This document shows, in pieces, positions 26,401 through 37,790 of a stretch of 64,000 nucleotides of DNA. Both the position numbers and the translations under genes were made by a program. The notes below the pieces were generated by a model. It worked only from the letters and a program-made list of their open reading frames with translations, had not been told where the DNA came from and made no database searches. The DNA is from Takakia lepidozioides. Lineage: Eukaryota > Plantae > Bryophyta. The stretch covers positions 76,384,001 through 76,448,000 of the forward strand of contig CM060732.1 of NCBI GenBank assembly GCA_030704615.1. Reading direction: 5' to 3'. Numbering within the stretch: position 1 is the stretch's first letter; each line of letters opens with the position of its first letter.

Positions 26401-27683
26401 TTTTTCGACATCCATTTATTTCGTTTTTTCCTTTATGTTCTCCCGCTCAGCCTCCACCTTCGGCAGCTAAAGATGGTTTGTCAATACAATCATGTGTCAT
26501 TTTTCATTATTGTTTCTCACAAATCCAAGCATACAATTACGGGCAGCCCGGAAAAAATATTATATTGCCACGTGGCCGCCGTTTCCGCATCCACGTCACA
26601 CTGATGGCTGATAGCTGATAGCTGATAGAATAGCAAATCCCCAGGTACTACTATGTGATCTTCATTTCATACACCAAAGCAACCCATGGTTGGAAGGCAG
26701 ATACCCTTAACCTGACGGAAGTGTTTTTTGAAAGTATAAGCATTGAACCTTGATCAGTGTTGATTGCAAGTAGATAATGCTCAATCATGTAAACTTGAAT
26801 TTCATGTTGTGCTCCATGAGTAATAATGGTTGTCCAGAGTGAAGTTCTTGTGCTTACCACCATGTATCACTGCTTTGTTTCCTCTGTGAGCAAGTTTTGA
26901 GGAACTAAGAGTTTCGATACAATCATTAAAGCTCTGGATTTGATCTTAATGTTATGGTTATCCTCAAGGTGATCTCAACCAACTTTCTTTAGGGTATAAT
27001 GCTTTAATTTTACCCTATCTCTGCTCTGTTGCCATTTGCCCAACACAAATTAATGTGGTACCTTATAATCATCCGGGCTCTGCAGCCCGACACAGTCCGA
27101 CACAGCCAGTCACATCTCGGCACACTCACAACATTCACAGTTTGACACAGCCCGTCACAGCATTCACCGGGAACGGTTTCCATGGCAGGAAACGACTGTG
27201 TGGGAACGACATCTACAGAGGGAATGTACATTCTGTCTGGACAACAGTTAGTTAGTTAGGCGGTTAGAACAGCTTGCAGGTAGAATAGACAGAGTAGCAA
27301 CAGGGAGGACACTTCTGGGATCACGACTTGGCCATCGGGGAGAGAAGGACGATCTGGAGCTGAGGGATGGAGAGCGCAGTGGAGGAGGAGACACGAACTG
27401 TTGATGCTTGATTCATGCAAGCTGTAGAGTTGACTGTAGAGTAGACTAGAGACACCATGGCTTCGCCCTGATACTTGATAGATCCTAATCTGATATTTAT
27501 TCCATACTAACACTGTGTAGAGAGAACTGAGTGAAGCTGTGGAATGAATGGATGAGTGATTGGAACCTGGTAGATTGCTGAAGCAATCTGATACTTAAAT
27601 ATAAACAGTACAGTAATTTGCTGACATGAAGGCAAGAAGGAACACAAACAGGAAACACTCCCATGATACACTAATTGTAGGTC

Positions 27684-28379
27684 ATGACTGATTGTTCTGA
27701 GTGGGCTGAGTGCTTAGAGATATCCAACTCTTCTATCTTGGAGTTCCCACCTCGGATAGCGAAGGGATGGATGAGTAAAAGCAGCTCGACATTTGGCGAC
27801 CATACTGGGGAAATGGGTCAAGAACAACCAGATGTGACATGCATCTGGTGGGATCATGGTGGTTGGAGAATCAAAGAATTTGATGTGAATCAAATTCCCT
27901 GTGGAACCGAGAAAGAAAGATTGTCCAAACAATTCTTTCAGAGGTTCTTGGAATTGCCAGACGGTTGCAAAGAAAACATTCTTAAGAGAGTGCATGATGC
28001 TGATCCTGAGTGGGGTCTGGAGAAAGGGGTGATAAAGATTTATCAAGTGGCCTGTAGAGGGAGAACAAGTTGGTTACCAACACTGGTTTATGTGATAGCA
28101 TTGCTATCCATTAAACGAGTGGAGTTTAAAGGCTGGGATGAACGGAAAGTGAATGTTTACACTCATATGCATGAAGAACTTGTACTGGTAAAGAATTGCA
28201 TTCCTAAGGATATCGTGTGGATCAAACTTACACCAAGAACAGCTTTTCAGACGTGCTTGCCATATGGTTATATAGTAACGGAGACTTCTAGTATAGCCAA
28301 GGGTGCATTAAAGCTTGAAAGAAATCCAGGCATATACGAGAGATACTACAGAAGAGAGTTTTGGTTATTGCCTCATTAA
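27684..28379 (+). CDS. Extra 5' ORF of Gypsy family B (231 aa, unknown function)
   Basis: Open frame upstream of gag, homologous to 54285-54979 with mostly synonymous differences. True start may be the ATG at 27813, just after the PBS. Confidence 0.6.
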   Translation: MTDCSEWAECLEISNSSILEFPPRIAKGWMSKSSSTFGDHTGEMGQEQPDVTCIWWDHGGWRIKEFDVNQIPCGTEKERLSKQFFQRFLELPDGCKENILKRVHDADPEWGLEKGVIKIYQVACRGRTSWLPTLVYVIALLSIKRVEFKGWDERKVNVYTHMHEELVLVKNCIPKDIVWIKLTPRTAFQTCLPYGYIVTETSSIAKGALKLERNPGIYERYYRREFWLLPH

Positions 28380-29269
28380 AGATATGAAAGACATGGGACA
28401 TGAGTGATGAAAGAGAAGCTAGACTCCACAAATATTCAGCGAAAAGAGAAAGTTATTTGAAAGCTAATTATCCATATCTTTGGGAGAGAGGAATAGACAT
28501 AGGGGAATCATCTAGACCTCTCACACCATTAAGACCAGAGAGTACATCACTCATACCGGAAGAACCAGAGTTGGATGCCACTCCTTCTTATTCTTTACAA
28601 GAAAGATTAAGGGATTTGGTATAGGAAGAAGATCAGCCACGAGAGGAAAGATCTAAGGTACATCCCTGGATTAAAGGTTTGACAGAAATCTTTGATCAGA
28701 GTTGGCATGGAACACCAAAAGCAGGAACTCCAGTTTCTGAAGCACAAGACAAAGAAGGAGAGGAAGATGTGGTAGAGCCAACGGAGAGTTCAAACTCTCC
28801 AACACCACTTCAGTTGAGTTATATGAAGTAAGTACGATGATAGTGACCAGAAGCAAAACTAAACTAATACCTCCAGTGGATGAAGAAGAAGATGTTAATC
28901 AAGATGGCAGTGATGTGCCTGAAGATGATGAGGCTTGGAGAGATGAGAATGAACTGCACAAGGAAGTGGCTGATACCATATGGGAAATGCAGGAGGATAT
29001 TGATATCCCTATGGCAGATTCTTCTAACTCTGAAAGAGAAGATGAAGAAGGGGAAGAGAAAGTGAAGCAGGAGGCTTCACAAGTGCAGGGTAATGAAGGG
29101 ACTTTGGCTGAAGTAATATATCAGTCCAAAGCTGAGATTACCATTGGACAGCTATTGGCTGTGGCACCTCATTGTAGGCACAGGTTGTATCAAGCAATCA
29201 ATCAGATTGCTCATGTGACAGAGAACACGGACCTGAATAGTAAGGTGACGGTCAGCAACTTTTCAGAGA

Positions 29270-31399
29270 GTGATAAGTGAATCCTTCCATGAGTATCTAG
29301 ATGATTTCATGCAAGTGTTATTAGATGCCTTCAGTGTGTACAGCTCTAATAATGAGCCTTTGCAGAAGTTGGAGTTATGTTTGGCCAGATGCAGGATGAG
29401 AGGTCTTGGTCTTAATCTAGAAAAATGTACTTTCTGTGTGAACTCAGAGGTATTACTGGGACACATTGTGTGTAAGAAGGGACTGCTTGTGGATCCTAGA
29501 AAGACAGAGGCTATTAAAGCCTCACCACCACCAAGTAACGTTAAAAGTCTAAGGAGGTTCCTTGGACAAACTACTTATTATAGAAGGTTTGTCAGACGGT
29601 ATGCACAGATGGCAGCTCCATTGAGCAAGCTTCTGAAGAAGGATGCAGTGTTTGCATGGACAGCTGAATGTCAACAGGCATTTGAAGCACTTACATTGTC
29701 AGTAACAACTACACCTGTGCTGATTAACCCTCACTGGCATGTAGTATTTCATGTACACTGTGATGCCTCAGGAGAAGCATTGGGAGCTGTGTTAGCCCAG
29801 AATGTCACAGGAAACATAGATTCACCCGTATACTATGCTAGCAGATTGTTGAACAGTGCGGAGAAGAACTATAGCACTACTGAAAGAGAAGCTTTGGCAA
29901 TAATTTATGCAGTCAAGAAATTCAGGCATTACCTATTGGGAAGGAAGTTTATGTTTTATGTGGATCATCCAACTTTGATTTATCTGGTGAACAAGCCTTT
30001 GATAAGTGGCAGGATAGCAAGATGGATGATAATCTTGCACGAGTTTAAACTCGAAGTTGTTTACAAGCCTGGCCATTTGCATCTTGTGGCAGATCACTTG
30101 TCACGGCTATCAACAGGAGAGGCCGCCACGGGAGTAGACGACCAACTGCCTGATGCGAGTTTATTTGCAGTGGAGGTGCAGGGAAGTGCAGATGATTGGT
30201 TAGATTGGCAGTGGCCAATCAGATACTACCTTACTCATGGTCAGTGCCCACCCAGTTATGGGAAGGAGCAAAGGAAAAGAATAGCTATCAAGGCTTTACC
30301 ATATACTATGATAGGGGGAAGATTATATAAGCTGGGACTTGATGGAGTTCTTAAACGATGCTTGTACCACCATGAAGTAAATAAAGTTTTGGAAGAAGTT
30401 CATAAAGGAGTGGCTGGAGGACATTTTGGAGAGGAGACTACCAGTAGAAAAATACTACTTGCAGGTTACTGGTGGCCTACTTTGTTCAAGGATGTACACA
30501 AGTATTGCAAGAGTTGTGATGAGTGTCAGAGGCTAGGACCTTTGCAAAGATCTGGGAAGATGGCTTTGCATCCTACGATGCCTACTGAACCATTTCAGAA
30601 ATGGGGACTAGACTTTGTTGGACCAATTAATCCACCAGCCAGGAATACACAGAACAAGTATATAATCACAGCTACTGATTATACTACAAAGTGGGTGGAA
30701 GCTAAGGCTCTGAGGGACAACACAGCTAAGTCCACAGCAAGGTTCCTGTATAAGAACATCCTCACAAGATTTGGCTATCCCCTGGAATTTATCAGTGACC
30801 AAGGAAGTCACTTCATTAATGAGACCATAGAACTATTGACTAAAGAGTTCATGATTGTGCACAGGAAGAGTACAACCTATTACCCACAGGGCAATGGGCA
30901 GGCAGAGGCCACCAACAAAATACTATGCACTATTTTGGCTAAGATAGTCAATGCAAACAGAACGGATTGGGATACAAAGCTGTTGACAACTTTGTGGTCA
31001 TACAAGACTTCCTATAAAGTCACCACCAAGTATACACCATTCCAATTAGTTTATGGTATGGAAGCTTTATTTCCAGTAGAATTTTTATTGCCTACCATGA
31101 GAACTAAATGGGGAAGGAGAATGGAATTGGAGGATTCAATTAAAGTCAGGAAACATGAATTATATCATGTGGAGGAAGTACGTGCTGATGCAGCAGATAA
31201 CATGACCAGAATTCAGATGAAGAGGAAGGATCAGTTTGATGAAGGAAAATTGAAGACTTTTAAGACGGGAGATTTGATACTCTGGTTGCAGAAGAAGAGA
31301 AAGATTAAAGCTTCTAAGCTTAAGTCACCATGGAAAGGACCTTATGTCATACAGAAGATGTATGATAACAACAGAGCCGACCTCCAGGGCCCTGCCTGA
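29270..31399 (+). pseudogene. Gypsy pol fragment: RT C-terminus, RNase H, integrase
   Basis: 709-aa frame: VLLDAF (mutated FLDD), [45 protein letters not shown]. Confidence 0.9.
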
Positions 31400-31927
31400 A
31401 CATCCCCATAGGGGCAGACACACCAAGTCAGGACCATGATAACCGTTACAGCATGATTTACATCTTGAAACATAGATGCAGTCACAGCCTACACCGGTAA
31501 CACCAACGGAGCATAAAGCACTTGTCGTAAGGCCGAATATGTATGGTCATCGCAGAGAACACGGCAGGGTTGCACACGTCAGTGACGTCACGTCACATTG
31601 GACCTGACGCTGACGCGACCAACGTCACGTCAGTTTTGCCGAAAAATCAGTAAAACAGCAACCTACAAAGGTAGTTTTGTGACATCGTCCTACCACATCC
31701 ATGCTGACCATGCATAACCTGCTATCAACTATGGGGTTGTGGGATTGTGCAGTGAGAACACAGACACCCAACTTAGTGCCTCGCTTGTTGCACCGTGGAC
31801 TGAAAAATATGCCGCGTAGGTGGACACGTTGTATTCCAAGCGACACCTTGGCAACTAAATGAATTGTTTTATAAATTACTCCATCCGCCAATATTTGAGG
31901 TCATTTTTAAACCATTATTGTTAAATT

Positions 31928-32500
31928 GGTGCGACCTCCAAATGGTGGTGGTCGCAGAATTTATCTTATTTGTTAATAGTTGCGACCACCAGCAGAGGGG
32001 TTGTCACAGCATTTTTTGTTTTTTAAAAATAGATGCGACCACCAGCATGGGTGGTCGTTTTTTTTTTTTTTCTTAAACAGTTGCGACCACCGCTATTGGT
32101 GGTCGCACAATTTTTATTTTTATTGTAATAGGTGCGACCACCATAGGGGGGTGGTCGCAACATTTTTCTATTTTTTAATATCTACGACCACCGGCATGGG
32201 GGTGGTCGCAGCATTTTTCTATTTTTTTAATAGGTGCGACCACCAACAGGGGGTGGTCGCAGAATTTTATTTTATTATTTTATTTTTATATAAATAATCT
32301 CTGTGACCACGAGCATGGGGTGGTCGCAGCAATGTTTTTTTTAAAAAAAAAATTAATAATCTCTGTGACCACGAGCTGGGGGTGGTCGCAACATTTTTTT
32401 ATTTATTTTTTAATAGGTGCGACGACCAGCATTAGGGTGGTCGCAGCAGTTTTTTTTTAAAAATAACATGCGACTTCCTCGTGCGACCTGGAGCGGTCGC
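31928..32500. repeat. hAT subterminal hairpin array
   Basis: Repeated GCGACCACC...GGTGGTCGC units with T/A spacers, followed by TATATAAA near 32550. Confidence 0.85.
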
Positions 32501-32868
32501 AACATTGGATTCTGATTCGTCGAGCATGTGAGGCTTGGAGGCTGGAGGGTATATAAACTGGTCCCAATACCCCTCACTTCTTTTGTGGCAAATACTTTTG
32601 TGGCGAGTGAATGTTCTTTATTCCTTGAGCAAGAGTGTAAGCCCAAGAGGAGGGTGCGGACCGTTTGCTGTTGTGGCTTCCATCAGAGCCACTGCAGCAA
32701 ATTGTCGAAAAACACAATACTACATGGTGCATTGATCCACTTGGATTGATGCCGTAGTGTTGGGCCATCGTATTCTGTTCTAACTTCTATTGCTCTTGAC
32801 AAATCTACCAAGTACATTAGTGTTCTTCGTTCAACCTTAAGTCTGTGGTTAGGGTTTTGGGTGTGAGG

Positions 32869-35820
32869 ATGAGGGAGGAGTGGATCCATTGGTTCACCGT
32901 AGACCCGCACAAAAAGGACGGTGTTCAATGCAATCTCTATGCATTGAAGCTGGCGGGTCGCAAAGATCGCATGTTATATCACCTCGGCTACAGAGATGGG
33001 AAGAATGCAGGGGTTAGTTTGAGCCCAAAAGCCTCTAGCGAGTGAAAGCCCACTTTGCCCAATGTGGAGGCAATATCCCACCGTCTCTTGATGTGGCCGC
33101 GGCTTCTGAGCCAAACACTCCATGTTCGAATCAAAATGTCCCTCAGAGTTGTACCCAAGGGGATTCGTGGAGAAGCCGGTGGGTCAGGAGCAACCCCCGA
33201 TTGTAGCCAGCACTTGTACGAACCAGACCATTGAGGCAACAATCAATGCAATAAGGCTTAAATTTGTCGCACAGGAGGACTTTGGATAAGAAGTGGGCCC
33301 AATTTTTCTACGAGGCCAATATTCCGTTCAATGTCTCGAGGCTTCCTGCGTTTGTGGCTGCTGTCAAAGCCACGTCCAATTCCAAGTCCACATACACACC
33401 TCCGAGTTATCGCAATCTCCGCACAAGATTCCTAGAAGAGGCTATGTCTGACCTCACCCAAAAGATGAATGAAAAGACAAGTGATTCTCGCCGGAAATAT
33501 AGAAGCACTATATGTGGGGACGGTTGGAGTTCTGTTACTAATCGACCACTATTCAATGGCATACTGGTCTGTCCTGCGGGGGAACAGTTTTTGGGATCCA
33601 TTGACAGAAGCGGGGAGAGAAAAGATGCACGTTATCAAGCAGGGTTGTTGACGAGTTTCATCGATAAAATTGGAGCTGATAAAATTGTCCAAGTGTGCAC
33701 GGACAATGCATCTAACATGGTTAATATGGCCGATATTTTGATGGTACGATATCCCCATCTATATTACCAAGGGTGTGTTGAATATATCTTTGATTTCATT
33801 TTGGAGGATTGGGGAAAAGAATCATGGATGAAACAACTAGTAAAAATGGCAAGGTCGGTTGTGACGTTCATTCGTACACATAACATCCCTCTGGCATTGT
33901 TTAGAAAGCATGAACCCAAATACAGCCTTAGGAACCCGGGTGAAACCCGCTTTGCCACAAAAATTTTGATGGTGGATCGACTGGTGACTGTGAGGGCGGG
34001 TCTGGAGCAGGTGATCATTGACCCTCAATGGGATGCATATGTGGGCACCTTACGCGACTCTCGTAAGTCCAAGTCTTTGAGCAAAAGTCGGAGGGTCCGC
34101 GCAATCATTCGCTCCGACGATTTCTGACGAAATGTGCAAATTTTGTGTAGATGGTGGAGCCGGTGTTGATTGCTTTGCGGGAGTTGATGGAAAACAACCA
34201 ATAATGGGTAAAACATGGTTGATATTGGAAAACCTTGAGAAGCACGTGCAATCCTTGAGGCGTCCTCCATTTTCTATGGACGATGATTTGGCGGCAAGGA
34301 CCGAGGATGCATTTTACGACCGCAAACGGATGGTTCTCACGGACTTGCATTAATGCGGAGACCTTGCTGAATCCATTGTTGCTAGACAATATAGATTTGA
34401 GAGACGATGTGGATACCAAAGCCGGGCTTGTATGGGTGATCATGCAACTCGCGCCCTTGAACATGGCAGAGTGAGCTTTGTCCGAGTACCAGTGCTTCTC
34501 GAATCGCCATAATCCTTTCCATGACATGCCGGATCCAAAAGCAATGAACATGTTGCCACCTGAATGGTGGGATCTGATTGGAGCTGGAGCAAGAACATTA
34601 GCTCCCATTGCAAAGCCTATTCTTGTTCAAGTGTGCTCTGCCTCGTCCTGTGAGCGGAACTGGAACAGTTACTCGTTTGTTCACAACAAGTTTCGTAATA
34701 GGTTGAATCATGCCAGGGCTGACAAATTGATTTGTGTCTACATGAATTGTAGGCTACTGCGAGAGAGGACAGCAAGTGACGCATCTGCATCTTACGAGAA
34801 GAATCTGTTGTCTGAAGAATCTGCCTCAGAGGTCCAATCTAGTAGCAATGATGACACCGACGCCGCGAGGGACTCCGACTCCGACAGTTGGGATGGGTCC
34901 GATGATGTGGGCAATCCTCCACATGACCCATATGAATTTAATGACAATGATGTTGTAATGCATCCATCCTTCGATGACCTTATTATTGATGAAGTGCGAC
35001 ATGGTGTCATCCCAATTGCGGACCCCCTTCCCTTACTGGAGCACACTCTCAACAATGAAGTTGAGGTCAACTCTCCCCCACCATGAGTTCCACGGACTGC
35101 GGGAGATGTGCAGGTCGAATCGTCGGATGATGACAACCGGCCATTGTCATTCCTTCACCGACATCGTGCCTCTGTGAACCATGCTTCATCTCACGCCGCT
35201 CTATCTCATGTTTCTATTTCTCAAGCCGGTCCATCCCATGCTGGTCCATCCCATGCTGGTCCATCTAGTCTCTCTCTCCCTCATATAATTCCTTCCATCT
35301 CTCCTCCGATCTTGGGAGACGCTTCTTCTGCTGCGGGACTTCTGCAAGTCGAACCATCGGATGACGACGACCGGTCATTGTCGTTTCATCTGGCCCGACG
35401 ACGTCCGCATATGAACCGCGCTCCTTCGACCCTCGCTGGTCCATCTCATGCCCTTCCTCTCATGTCGGCCCTTCTAATGTACGTGCGAGTAGCCTTCCTT
35501 ACACGAGACCTGCTCCAAGGCCACCACGAAATCTGGGACAAGCCCAGAAACGGCAGAGAATTGTGCAACCTTTTATTGGTGACCGACTTGTGAACAGGCC
35601 TGATACCCTAGATAGTATTCATGATAGGAGTGGAAATCGACCAGAGAGACAATTGAACGTACTCCGAGGACGATTACAGGTCCAACCCTCTAGAAACGAA
35701 AGAACAGATGGAGATCATGATTCTAGCACTGATCATGGGAACGGGGGTGAAGTGAGTGGGGACGAAGATTTTGTACTAGGCATGAGATCATACCATCGTC
35801 GTCGTGCCAGACAGAACTAG
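32869..35820 (+). pseudogene. hAT transposase pseudogene with BED-finger remnant and acidic/low-complexity tail
   Basis: WIHWF..VQCNLY..RMLYHL..GVSL (decayed BED finger), DUF659 core 33264-34127, EWWDLIG..CERNWNSYSFVHNKFRNRL. Same stops as copy 1. Confidence 0.9.
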
Positions 35821-36129
35821 GTACAGCTATAATTTCTGTCACATGATGTGTAGTATGTTTCCATGGACATCCATGTTTCAGTTTGGGTACATGCATACAT
35901 GTACGGAAATAAAAATGGTGGAATATGTGTACCCAAGAAAGGGTTTGGTGGTTGTGCGTGTGTTTGTGTTGCGTCATTACTTTTACATTGTTGATTTTCT
36001 ATTATGGTTTCGAAAGCCACAAAGGCCAGGTGCAGCTCCCAACATTCATCTTCCCCTTCACAAATCCATGGGGAGTCGATACATGTGCTTTTCATCTGCC
36101 TCTCCAAACATACATACAGGTGCAAGGGG

Positions 36130-37365
36130 ACCGACCTCCTGGTGGTCGCACCTATTTAAAAAAAAACAATTGTGCGACCACCAGTAGCGGTCGTCGCAAC
36201 TATTAAAATAAAATAAAAATGTTGCGACCACCCCCCTGCTGGTAGTCGCACCTATTTACTGATTTAATAGGTAGTAAGTTAGTACGTAGTAAGGGGGGGT
36301 TCCCTTATATAGCCTCTCTGGGCGGTGGGACCCTTCTAGAAGCCCGCCGACCCTAGGAGCCTTCTAGAAGGCCCTGAACACATGTCAACTCTACAGGACT
36401 CCCTATTCTAAATTTAGCCAATTTCTCCATTCTTTTTTTGGACCCCCTCATCTCATTCCTTAATACACGTGGCCTTCCGACATAGGCGCCCCACTCTAAT
36501 TCCTGGGCCACAGTAATTCCTGGACCACTCTAGAATCATGGCCCGAATGAAACTGCTCTACATATTATTCGCACCTATTTAACAAAAAAAAAAATGGTCC
36601 GACCACCCCCATGCTGGTGGTCGCAGCTATTTAAAAATAGAAAATTATGCGACCACCCCCTTGCTGGTGGTAGCCCCTAAAAAAAAATGGTGCGACCACC
36701 CCCCTGTTGGTGGTCGTAGATTTATTTTTATTTTTTATTTTTTATTTTTTTGGGAAACACCTGGGAGCGACAACTCATAAATCAGGCCCCTTAGTAGTGA
36801 GAGGAGAAAATAACCTCTTTCATTTATGCGCCAAGAGGCGTAGGAATGGGGCACCACACACGAACCATACCACACCCATCAAATAGCAAGATTTGATCCC
36901 ATAATCGTCCGGGTCGCACTCAGTGCACTAACCAACTAAGCTACTGACTGTTGGAAAAATCGGATAATTATGCGACCACCCCCCTACGACCACCCCCCTG
37001 GTGGTGCTCGCATCTATTAAAGAAAAGGAAAATAGTGTGACCACCAGCAGGTGGTGGTCGTACCTATTTGTTTAAACAAAATTTCTGCGACCACCCCCCT
37101 ACTGGTGGTCGCGCCTATTAAAAAAAAAAAATTATGCGACCAGCTCCCTGCTGGTGGTTGGACCTATAAAAAATAAAAAAAATCTGCGACCACCCCCCTG
37201 TTGGTGGTCGCACCTATAAAATATAAAAAAATCTGCGACCACCCCCTACTGGTGGTCGCACCCATTAAAAAAAATAAAAAAAACTGCGACCACCCCCCTG
37301 CTGGTGGTCGCACATAATAAAAAAAAAAAAAAAATGATGCGACCACCCCTTGCTGGCGGTCGCAG
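36130..37365. repeat. Internal hairpin array of the hAT family, interrupted by two insertions
   Basis: GCGACCACCCCC.GCTGGTGGTCGCACCTAT units. Insertions at ~36259-36568 and ~36721-36955. Confidence 0.8.
36721..36955 (-). mobile_element. tRNA-derived SINE candidate
   Basis: Minus strand: A-box-like TAGCTTAGTTGG (36943-36932), B-box-like GGATCAAATC (36899-36890), ~140-bp body, (AAAAAT)n tail. TSD not clear. Confidence 0.6.
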
Positions 37366-37790
37366 CTATTACTAGCGTGCGCAGTCATGATGACAGCGCG
37401 CGCCCCGAGTGTGGAGGGGGGCTTATAAGGCCTTCGAGGCCATTCTCTCCCTCATTTTTCTCCACACCAAGACTTGGTGGGCGATGGGATGTTGCATTCC
37501 TTGTCATTGAGTCCGAATGGAGAGGGGTGATATTGGTTGGGTGGGGGTATTTTGGGCCGTTGGTTTCTACAAAATCGATGTTGAGTACCTCTCGGGAAGC
37601 CCTCCTCTGGCACCCACGTTTTTTTCATTGCACATTGTGTCATATCACTTAGAACTGCGGAGGGAGTGACACATGCCTCTAGTACTTGGGAAGGATTCAT
37701 TAGGGAGTAGGATTAGGTACGATTTAAGAGGGTTGGGAGAGCATTTTTCTTAGCAAACACCTGTCGAGTAGGGGTAAGCCAGAGCCATAA

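Larger units (their letters stand above)
27083..31564 (+). mobile_element. Gypsy family B, internally deleted copy (5'-truncated LTR, no 3' LTR)
   Basis: LTR end ...GCTCGACA at 27791, then PBS TGGCGACCATACTGGGGA (27794-27811). Colinear with 53700-61140 except for deletions at ~28825 (gag) and ~29250 (protease and RT N-terminus). Confidence 0.9.

Noticed and set aside
23700-27080. Short ORFs and possible MITE-like ends
   Set aside because: No convincing TIR/TSD pair or protein motif.
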